Of a DNA stretch of 64,000 nt, positions 36,601-48,600 are shown piece by piece. Under the pieces are notes generated by a model. The model was not told the origin of the DNA and made no database searches. It saw nothing but the letters and a program-made list of their open reading frames with translations. The position numbers and the translations under genes are program-made. This DNA is from Octopus sinensis (lineage: Eukaryota): NCBI RefSeq assembly GCF_006345805.1, contig NC_043004.1:7688001-7752000 (forward strand). The letters run 5' to 3'. How positions within the stretch are numbered: the stretch's first letter is position 1; each line of letters starts with the position of its first letter.

Positions 36601-39600
36601 TCGACTGGCTTCCGTGCCAGTGGCACATAAAAAGCACCAAACGATTGTGGCCGTTTGCCAGCCTGCTCTGGCACCTGTGCCGGTGGCATGTAAAAAACAC
36701 CCACTACACTCTTGGAGTGGTTGGCGTCAGGAAGGGCATCCAGCTGTAGAAACTCTGCCAGATCAGACTGGAGCCTGATGCAGCCTCCATGGCTTACTAG
36801 ACCCCGGTCGAACCGTCCAACCCGTGCTAGCATGGAAAATGAACTTTAAATGATGATGATGATATAAGAAGGGCATCCTGCCGTAGGAGACCATGCCAAA
36901 GCAGATAGTGGAGCTTGGTGCCGTTTCTGTGGTTTGCCAGCTCCTGTTAAACCATGCAACCCATGGCAAACGACAATGAAGATCATGAGGATCATATTCT
37001 TAAAAAGACTATTGGAATGACAATGATCATAGGCCTGCTTGATCCAGGAATGGCCTGGGGTTATAATATACATTCATAAACAAGAAATTCTTCTTCTTTA
37101 GTGTTTTTTAAATTTTATTTTGGAAACTAAAATGTTGATATGAAGCACCACAAATATCAGTACCATTTGCAGATAATAAACTGTCGTATCTTACACGCCA
37201 GTACAATTTATATCACATTGTTTTTCATCAAAGCTATCTTTTATCGTACAGTTATCCCTTATCTGGTGGTTGATGTGGAAACTGGGGATTGACGAATGGT
37301 AAATAAGGGCTGTACAGGCCCTTTACAGAGAGGCTGTTAGTAAGGTTAGGATTGGCAATGAGTATAGTGGAGAGTCAAGTACTTTAACATCAAAATAAAA
37401 ATCCAATGGAAATTGTAGATGTAATACTCGTGCCTGTGGCACGTAAAAAGCACCATCCGAATGTGGCCGATGCCAGCACCGCCTTGACTGGCATCCGTGT
37501 CGATGACATGTAAAAAGCACCATCCGATCGTGGCCGTTTGCCAGCCTCCTCTGGCCCCTGTGCTGGTGGCACATAAAAAGCACCCACTACACTCACGGAG
37601 TGGTTGGCGTTAGGAAGGGCATCCAGCTGTAGAAACACTGTCAGATCAGACAGGAGCCTGGCACAGCCTTCTGGTTTCCCAGTCCCCAGTCGAACCACCC
37701 AACCCATGCCAGTATGGAAAACGGTCGTTAAACGATGATGATTAGCTTTTTTGAAAGACCCCCCCCCCCATATGGTTATACTTTATCTCAAGAAGGAATC
37801 ATTTGATAAGAGGTGTTTACAAGAGCAAGAATTTGATGGTTTCATTTCTTCAACTTCTCACTTTTTATTTATGTTTAAAATGAAAGGCTCAAAACACGTG
37901 ACATTTTCTTTTTAAGAGATATTATATCAAAAATGTGAGAATTAGGTGATGTATCAACATAATCTTATTTTTCAACTAATCAGAAGTTTTATTTTCAATA
38001 CTTTGCACTGTCTGAACCACGGCATTCCCAATACAAACAAGACACCAATGCTCAATAGCATAAAATTAAAACTACTCAATCACCGTAATTTAAACTAGAG
38101 ATAATAAAACTTCTTTCTTCAATGAATGAAGCACAAACATTTATGACAAATGAGAGCTTAATGCTTTAAGACATATTTTTCCCATTTTAAAATCTAAATT
38201 TATTATTTTTGTGACGCATGTCGTAACACATCAATGTACCATGACAGTCACTTAACCTGCTAGCAATAACAGCCAAATCCCTTTCGTTTTAAAATGTGAA
38301 AGCCATATTAGACAATGTAATGCAAGGTATATAAAGATGGGATGTGCAAGGCTGGACTGGAGTGTCTTTGATCATAGGTCTGTTGACAAGGATCAACTTT
38401 GAGCTAAACAATACAATCTTCACAACAAAATATGAAGCCCTTCCACAGAAATCAGGAAACTGATGAATGGATGGCAGGAGGTGTACACCAAAGTAGAGCA
38501 GAGTCTATTATATGAACAGACTTATGGATGGAAAAATTAGGGGGAAAAAATGATGACACGTTCTAATATGAATTAACTAAAGCTGATATATTGATCATAT
38601 TTAGGGTAAATTTTAATGCTTTCACCCGCATGATTTTTACTATGTAAAAAAAAAAAATCGTTTTTTTTTTTTGCATGGAATCAAGTACCTTGACCTCCTA
38701 ATATGCTGCAGATCCCTTATATTTGTTTGGAAAAAAAAAGGGGTGGGGAAACAAGACTCCCCCTATCCCGGAATCATTGGGTATTTTTTTTTGCTGAATG
38801 AATTACGGTGATTCCAATGATTCCGGGAGGGTGGGTGTCCCGTTTCCCCACCCAGCCTTTTTTCCAACAAAAATAAGGGGTTTGCAGCATATTAGGTTAG
38901 GATACTTGATTCCACACGAAAAATCCGACCTTTTTTTTCTTAGTAAAAATCATGCAGGTGTACTTCCCGAGGGGAGAGGGGGGATTTCCGACGGAATCAT
39001 CCCACCCCATTTTCCGGACTAAAAAAAGGGTGAAAAGACTTCCGCCCGGTTTAGTGGAGTATTAGGTCGCCGTAATTCAGTCAACGAAAAAAAAAAAAAA
39101 ATTCCAATGATTCCTGGAGCCCCCCCCCCCAACAAAAATAAGGGGTTTGCATTATATTAGGAGGTCAGGGTACTTGATTCCACGCAAAAAATCCGAGTTT
39201 TCTTTTTCTTTTCTTACTGAAAATCGTGCGGGTGAATGTATAAAAATTTACCATATTTAGTATAATGTTTCAACTCGTCAGATATTTTAAACGTTTAATA
39301 AGTATTCGTTCCGATTAAAATCTCAAACAAACTTCGGTTAATTTAACGATAAATTTATGGACTGCTAAAACAAATGTACTTATGTGAAAATACGGAATTT
39401 ATGTGCAATCGGAATCGTTAAACAAGGCTGAGATTCGTTCATAGAACTTGCATTCTGCAACGCCAAAATAAACATAAATGCTGTAAAGGTAAATAATAAC
39501 AGAGACAAAAGAATATAAAATGCTGAAAATTACAAACAAGAAACGTTTGCGTTTTAGAGAAGAAAAATATAAGAATCGATGAAAGAGAAAATGGTTTGAG

Positions 39601-42600
39601 GAAGAAGTGCCAATAGGACACATTTAAAAGAATGGCTTCACTATAAACTTAATGGTATCTAACAATCACACTTTTAAAGCAATGAAAAACTTCATTAAAA
39701 CTTGATAAGTCTATTTTGTTTAATGAAGATGCAATTCTTAACGAACTTTTTCTCATCCCCAACCAATCCATCGATGGCTGTGAGTGATGTTGGTAGAAAA
39801 GAGAAATTTTCTATCATAATTTTTAAGTAACTTTTAAAATATTTATTTGTCCATAATGTTCTTATTTCCAACTTAATCATTTTTAATGAATTAACTTAAT
39901 TAGCAACAAATTTTGTTCTTTATAATTAATAAAAAATAACGATTGGAGAATTAGATATCTAAATAGTGATTAGAAAATATATTCTTTAGCAGAGAAACGA
40001 AGATAGCATACATGTTCGGCGAAATTAGCACAATTTAAATATGGGTTAAATATTAAGGAATTAAATACCTCTTTTTTGTTTTTTAAGATATAAATTTGAG
40101 AGCAGTAGCAAGAAATGGTACTTGCTGAAGTAGAGACAGGGTGTTCACCAAGTAAATATATGACGTCTACACTTTGCTAATGAGAGCATAATAAGATCGA
40201 AATATGTTCGAAGTTGTCTCTCGTGTTTGCCGAAATAATTACCATATTAGCCAATGAGTAATACTGTTTTTTCGTCACTGCATAATTATTTCTTGATAGT
40301 CTTTTCATACTCATGGTTCTAAATATGCTAACACTTACTTTTCGTGCGGATGGCGTCTCTAGTAATTTATTCTCTAAATAATTTTCTCTCTCTTTTTTTT
40401 TTTTTAACAACCAATCGGTGTACATTTTTTGTATATTTTGCTTAGTAATTCTCTCAAAACTTTTTGATAAATACGGTTCGACTGAAGAAGTTATAATGAT
40501 GCAGAACATGCTCGACTGAAGAAGTTATAATGATGCAGAGTTGTATCCCGCTCTTTCTGAACCAATTATCTCGTTTTTTTTCCCTTCCATAATTATTCCT
40601 AGTTAGCTTTTTGATGCTCTCTGCATTGTTAACACATTTTTATGCTGATGGTATCCCTAAGTTAATAAAACGGGACCTATTTTTGTAACAGAGTGGAAAA
40701 AAGTATATTTTTTTATATCATACATGCATAATTTATCCACCTTTAAATAATGCGAATTAGCGTCCAGACTGGTTGCCTATGATATATGATTTTTAAAATC
40801 TTCATTTAGCACCAAACACCCATTTATGGTCTTATAAACGGTGTGCATGTGTGTAAATATTTACACACATACACACACAAGGGCACTAGATAGGAAAATC
40901 GGTAGAACATCAAGTAAAATGTCTTACAGCATTTAATCACGTCCCTTATAATTCTGATTTCAAATCCTGCCAAGGTCAATAAAATATGAGCCAGTCCTGT
41001 GCCGAGGCTCGATTAAATCGACTTGCCCTTCCTCCTGAGTCCGCGGGCTTCTTCCAATGTTAGAAATCATTATTTACACATATTATTCATATGAGGATAG
41101 TATACATATAGAATAGCGTCGGAAAAATTGAACGTTTGATAAATTAAAAGCTTCTCAGAAAAATGAAAGCGTCGCGTTAGAAGAATAACATTTTTAGCTT
41201 TTGAGCTCAATAACGTATTAACATCAATTTTCTCGCTTGAAAGCACGTAACGACATTAAAGATATTTTGACCTTATTCTCGTGTATCTGTTCTCTGTCGT
41301 TTTCAAAGAATAATACGCGCTGACGTTCAAAGATTTGAAAAAATTATCGAAGGAAACTTGCTAAATACATCGAGTTTTAAACTTCTCAATGGTTTGACTT
41401 TTACCTATTCTGTGCTATACGTATATTTAAGTAAACCATACGATAGTAGACACCAACAGATATGTGACAACCGTCAAAAGGAAAAGGCGGTTTAGTTGCT
41501 CCGTTTTAACGACAGAAATAGTATTAATTGATAACCGTCGACATATTCAAACTTATTTTATTACTTCCTCCAATCACATCTTTTGTCGAATGAAAAAAAA
41601 ACAATTTTTGAAAGCCCGCAATATTTATTCATGGCTGTTCGTATAACTTAATTCGTGGCTTTGATCCAGCAAATTTACTAAGTGCATTAAATCAGTGCGC
41701 AAGCCAATGAATGTAGAATTTAACCACTAAGATCGTACTTGGTTGAAATACAAAATTCTATTGATGCAGTTGAAAGAAAGAGCGACAGACCTCTCTGTTA
41801 AAAAGCATAGATTATTCTGTCGTATTTTACCGAACGTCCATTACAGGACACAGTGAGTGTTTAAAGAATGTCTTTGTTGCTTTCAGGAAATGATCAATGT
41901 GGTTTCTCTTGACAGAAACTTACCTCTGTACCAACGAGTGGGTATATTTCTATCTATGTTACTATGTAGTCACTCAACTTACTAAAAATAGTAACCATTG
42001 GACGACATTATCGATTACACTGTTAGTAAAACGTCCTTCAATATAGATGAAGTTAGGAAAGATTAAGCAAGGGTTAAACAATACACCCACATTCCCTCTA
42101 TGTTCTAACTAGAAATAGCAGTAAAACTTCTCTCATATTATACGTTACTGATTTAAAAATGGAAGGACATATCGGATTATGTAGTCCAAGACTATGTTGG
42201 GGAAAATAGATGGCGGTAAGGGGTCACAACGGGGTTATTTTTGATCGTAGAACTACTTGATCAGGGCTGACATGGATCTAACAACTAAAACAAACCCAAC
42301 ACGTGTCTTTAATTTGGTATAAATCCATGTTCTGATGAAGTTCCTTCTGACCACTGCTTTATATTGCTTTCAGAATTTCTGTAATCTTATTTTCTTTTAC
42401 TTGTTTCAGTCATTAGACTGCGACCATGCTGGGGCACCGCTTCGACGGTTTTAGCCGAACAAATCGATCCCACTATTTATTATTTTTTTCAAGTCTGGTA
42501 CTTATTGTATCGGTCTCTTTTTGTCGCATCGCTAAGTCAAGGTAACGTAAACAAACCAACACTGGTTATCAAGTGATGTAGAAGGGACAAATACAAAATC

Positions 42601-45600
42601 TCTCTCTCGCTCTCTCTCTCTCACACACACACGTATACTCGACAGGCTTCCCCACAGTTTCCACCTATTAAATTCACACACAAGGCATTGGTTGGCCCAG
42701 GACTCTAGTAGAAAACACTTGCCCTAGGTGCCACACTGACGAACTGAAACCAAAACCTTCAGGTTGCAAAGCAAGCTTCTTAATCACACACCTGTGCCTC
42801 AGGTATATATTGTTAGGTATTCTACACAATTTCGCTCTAATTCACGTGGCTTTCAACTATGGACCCAAACATCATTTATTGTACAAAGCAACTCATCATC
42901 ATTGACATCATGTCCCCCTTTTTCACCCCTTGGAGATTTACCTGAAAACACGGAATCTTACAAAAGAGATGACAGGACAGAAATATGTGGCACTCGACCC
43001 ACCCACCACAACAGAATTGAAATCCTAAAACCAAGATTCCATGTAAAAAGCACTCTGTGGAGTAGTTGGTGTTAGGAAGGGCATTCAGCTGTAGAAGCCA
43101 AGCCATAACAACACTCTGCAACCTGGTGTGGGCCCTGGCCTTGTTAGGTTCCTGTCATACCAACTCATGTTAGCATGGAAAACGGATGTTAAATGTTGAT
43201 GATGGTGATGACTTGCAGGAGATGGATGGCTCTCAATACATCTAGCTTCCTATTGCAGTTCCTTATCATCTGTTATAAACAGCAGCAGAGATTTTTGCCA
43301 GGTTTTCTTTTGGTTTTAATGGCTTGATAACTTTTCTATCACTACAACATAGTCTGGGTACATTTTACCGTTTCACTGGCACTACAGAGGTTCTCTACAG
43401 GGAAACTAAACAGATTCCTCAACTCTGATTCAGTTTTTATTTGGTGTTCATGACTCTTTCACCTTTCCTTCCTTTTGGGGTTTCCTTTTTTTTGCTGCTA
43501 GAGATGCCCTTTCATAATAATAATAATAATGAAATTATTGTATACAGTGCTCAGGTGCACCACAACTTGTCTAAAGTGCATATAAAGCATATGCAATAAT
43601 GTACAAATGTCTGGTAAGTGAACAGTGTATGAGTCAGATACATGCTTGCTTGTGTGTATGGAGGGGAGAAGATCAGGTGTAGTGTTGGCGAATCTCAGGA
43701 AGCATGGAAGTTTTGAAGGATGTAGTGCTCTGACGACTAACAACTGATGCCGACAGTTCCATGCTTCAGCAACTCTTACCGTGAAAAAATGTTTCCGAAA
43801 GTCATGGAAGGAGCTGTGCTGTTTTCTGACTTTGTAAACATGTCCTCGGGTGTTAGACAGGTGGAGTTTGAAAAGGTGCTCAGAGTTATTGTTAGTAAGA
43901 TGGTTAATAATTCTATGGGTGTCTGTCAAGTCAGCTGTCAGATGTCGGAGTTTCAATAATAAACTATGACAAAGAAAAATGGTGTTTAACCAGTCCAAGG
44001 GGGTTTACAGTTTTGATCCTACCACAGGTGTTATACAGTGCCCCATAGAAAGCAGTTGAGCTGCCAGTCTATTCAACTGTGAGCTGGTTTCAAAGAAGTT
44101 AGTTTGTTGTCATTGAGACAATATTAGTGAGACAACACTGTTGAAGTGTTTTGTCAGTTTGTTGTTGCACGCTTAAAACTGTCCATGGCTACAGAGCAGT
44201 GAGGGCCTGGAACTGTGTCTGGTGGAAGACAGATATCTCTTGTCTGTGAAAGTTCCTCTTGTTGTTGTTTAGTTCCAGATCAACCTTGATTGAGCACAAT
44301 CTATGATCAAAAGTATTCTGTCCATCCCAGCTTTTTAGGGACATCTAACGTTATCTAATGTGTTCTTCCTTATTTAAGACACATCAAAGAAGAGAAACCT
44401 GGCTTTCTTAAAAGATACTTGCCCAAGGTGCCACACACTTGGACTGAACTTAAAACCAAGTGTTTGGGAAGCAAATTTCTTTCCACACAGAAAAAGAGTG
44501 AAAAATGAAATTAGTTTTGATTAGCCTCCATTTAAATGTTGAAAACATATTTAAATTTTACATGCTGGGACCACTTCAAAAGCATTTGTGCTGGTGTCAT
44601 GTAAAAAGCTGCTATGCTGGACCACGTAAAGCGTACCCTAGTACACACTGTAAAACAGTTGGCATTAGGAAGGGCATCCAGCTGTAGAAACCATGGTAAA
44701 AGAGGGTGGCGAGCTGGCAGAATCGTTAGCACGTCGGGTGAAATGCTTAGTGGTATTTCTTCTGCTGTTACGTTCTGAGTTCAAATTCCACAAAGGTTGA
44801 CTTTGCCTTTCATCCTTTTGGGGTCAATAAAATAAGTACCAGTTACACACTGGGGTCGGTGTAATCGACATAATCCGTTTGTCTGTCCTTGTTTGTCCCC
44901 TCTATGTTTAGCCCCTTGTGGGTAATAAAGAAATAAGAAACCATGGCAAAAGAGAAAATTGGAGCCTGGCTAATTCTCTAACTGACCAGCTCCAGTCAAA
45001 CTGTTTGACCCCTGCCAGCATGGAAAATGGAAATTAGATAATGATGATGATAGAAAAGAAAGAAAGACTAAAAATGTAAGAATAGGTTGTCATTTCAAGC
45101 CTCCCCCCTCCCCCTCTCTCAGAAGTACTTTGTACTTGCAGAGTTTGTTTTGTTTAAAAGCAAAACCAAAGTATTAAAAATATTTACCTAAACTCTTCCT
45201 TGTTTTGCAGATCAAAGTCCTGTTCAGCTCCGACATTGGTGGGGTTGATGTGTCCTTGCTGAAACAGGTCTACCATGATATCGCTGACGCTGCTGAGTAT
45301 AGACATGTCTTTCAACCTGTCAAAATAACAACATTTATTCAGAGGTCTTCATTTATTAAATGTTGCACAGACATGATTACAAGCCAGATATAAATAAACA
45401 GGTAATCTGCCCCCATTAATTCCAAGCTTAATGAATCATACCTGCTTTCTTTTGTCCACATATTGGGAGGACAACCATTTGCTTTTCAATGTTCTTCTTT
45501 TCTCTCATTGTGTATCATTAATTCTATTATATTCAATAAAATAGGCAGCAGTCAAGTGTTGGCAATCTCCTCAAAACAAATGACTTTTTGCCATTATTAG

Positions 45601-48600
45601 AAATCAGGGTGGTAGACACAAAATACCTTGTGGTATTTAGTTACTTTCTAAGCTTAAATTATGCTCAAGTTGATTTTTTATACTTTTAATCTTACCCTAA
45701 TTACATTTATAAAATAGTTGCAAGTCAAAAGATTTAATTAGTCATTGCTTTTCTCCAAAACTGTGACCTTCTGCTCTATGTTAAAAATCATTATTACTAT
45801 TCATCATCAGCCAGTGTTTTAAATCCGGGTTTTGTCTCCGTTAATGAGTGGTGACCGGATCTACTTCAATGCCATACCAACCGAGGTAGGCAAGTGCAGA
45901 ACACCCAGACCTTTAGGTTGGCTGGTGCCCATTCTCCTTTGCTATCATGAGGCTTTTTTGGAGCTGGATTTTCTACGGGGAGTATGCCCTTGCTTAGCCC
46001 CAACCTCAGTTTCTAGACATGAGTGATCCCAAGACCAAGGCCTCTGCCATGATTTTAAAGAAATGTGGTGGAAAACCACAAGAAGGCAGGGATACTATGC
46101 CCTGAGACCCCTTTTGGAGCACTCCTACTATTATAAACCACATAACTATTATAAACCACATAAGTAATAATAATAAATTGATTTCAAATTTTGGTACAAG
46201 GCCAGCAATTTTGGGGGAGGGTGTAAGTTGATTACATGAATCCCAGGGCTCAACTCATACTTTATCGACTCTGAAAGGATGAAAAGCAAAACTGACCATG
46301 GCAGAATAAACCCAGGACATAAAGACAAGCAAAATGCTACAAACTATTTTCCCCAACCTGCCAACAATAATACTGCAATAATATGATTATTACCATTAGT
46401 GTAATAACATATCACTATTATTGCTTTATACCCTAACTTCCTGTGGATACCTATTTCTTCAAATCCACTCTCTCTCTCCCCCTACACTCTATTTAATACT
46501 TTAGACCAGTGGTTCCCAAACATTTTCGGGCTATTGCCCCCTTGACACCATGTCACATTCCTAGCGCCTCCACCCCAATTAGCCATCACAAACATAGACC
46601 TCTTTCTGAAGCAAATTCAAAACAACTGTATTTCACAAATAAAAGTTAACCTAATGAATTCGTTATTTTTACATGAATCATTATCCCATTATTGCCCCAA
46701 TTTTTACAGCATGTAAAAAACACCTTTTGAGTGTGGTCGTTGCCAGAACTGCCTGACTGGCCCTCGTACCGATGGCATGTAAAAGCACCCACTACACTCT
46801 CGGAGTGGTTGACATAGAAACTTTGCCAGATCAGATTGAGTCAGGTGCAGCCTTCTAGCTTGCCAGCACTCAGTCAAACCATCCAACCCATGCCAGCATG
46901 GAAAACGGACGTAAAACAATGGCAATGATGATGATACCTCATTATCGCCCCACTTTTTACATGAATTACTATATCATTATCGACCCCCCTCCCCTTTCTT
47001 CAACACCCCCCTTGGAACTTTCCACTGCTCCCAGGGGGAGGGGCAATACTGCCCACTTTGGGAACCACTGCCTTTAGACATAGAATACTTAAGTCATAAG
47101 AGAATATTATTTCGAGCAGACTAAACAACTATTTAGAGCAGTGGTTCTCAACCATTTCTCCCCCAACCCTTGTGAATCCCTTTGGAGTGGAACCCTCACA
47201 GCCATTGGATGCCTAAAAACACCCCATTATATTTTTATGATTATTAAGAATTGTATTAAAATAAACTGTTTAAATATTTTGTGGCTTGTGGAAGTGGAAA
47301 CAATTTATTAAGCATAAATTTTTACAAGAAAATCTCATGTGGAAACCCCCAACGGGCCACGCGAACCCTGGTTGAGGACCACTGATTTAGAGGTTGCCTT
47401 CTTGACTACCAATAGAGTATATAGTTTCCTACAGGTATCAGGAGCGTGAAATAGCTGACCATTCCCTCAGAAATAGTTCCGACAGGCATTGCACATAGTT
47501 ACAGTAACGTGGATTGCAAGGTATTTTTTGTAATGTCGCATAACAGCCGCAGCCCACTCAAAAGTACCTTGGATCGTAGGGTGACCTGCTGTGCTTGAGG
47601 AGACCTATTGAGTCAAATACATCAAAATCAAATGGAAATTGTAGTTGTGATACCCATGCCGGTGGCACATAAAAAGCACCAACTGATTGTGGCCGCTGCC
47701 AGCCTCCCCTGGCACCTGTGCCGGTGGCATGTAAAAAGCATCCACTACACTCACAGAGTGGTTGGCATTAGGAAGGGCATCCAGTTGTAGAAACACTGCC
47801 AGATCAGACTGGAGCCTGGTGCAGCCTCCTGGCTTCCCAGACCCCAGTCGAACCGTCCAACCCATGCCAGTATGGAAAAACGGACGTTAAACGACAACGA
47901 CGATGATAATTTAAAAGAGAATGTTTCAGAAAATGGAATGGTTAAAACATAAATTCACAACCGTTGAAGAATTACAATTTAGGAACAGAATAGTTGTAAA
48001 AGGGGGAGGTAGAAAAAAAAAAAAAGGACAAAACAACCTGAATTTGATAGAACCCGTTACAGTAAATAAACTAAATGAATGCTTAGTGTTATAATTATAA
48101 TTGGATGCTTTATTAAGTAGAGTCCAATTAAAACAAATGTTGAAAAATATTTACTTTAGGAGGTGAAAATAGATGAAATGAAATCAGTGCAATTTTGTTT
48201 TTATTGCCAATTGAGATCAAGAGTTTTATAAAGAGACTTGTAAAGTAGCAAAACGAGGATAACAAACAATCTGTGTGTGTGTGTTTGCAATTAACAAATG
48301 GAAGAAATGTACTCAATATATAGTGTAGAGTATAATAAATGCGTCCTTTTAAAGCCTAGCCAGGCTCATGGGCCCGGTTTCCCAGTTTCAATGGCGTATG
48401 TGTTCCTCAGCTGGATGCGACACCAGTCCATCGCAGCGTTACTCATTTTTGCCAGCTGAGTGGACTGGAGCAACATAAAATGAAGTGTTTTGCTCAAGAA
48501 CACAACACGTCGCCCGGTCCAGGAATCGAAACCACAATCTTACGATCATGATGCTGACACCCTAACCACTAAGCCATGCGCCTCCACAAAATATATAGTG

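Noticed and set aside
40177-40509. 110-aa minus-strand ORF in the CpG island
   Set aside because: It runs through a poly-A/GA tract and a tandem repeat, has no recognisable homology, and its donor phase (0) does not fit the next CPLANE1 exon (2).
42850-42942. Possible minus-strand exon after gtgttttcag (KSPRGEKGGHDVNDDELL...)
   Set aside because: It is open only in phase 1, but the flanking CPLANE1 exons need phase 2, where it gives an immediate TAA; no good donor.
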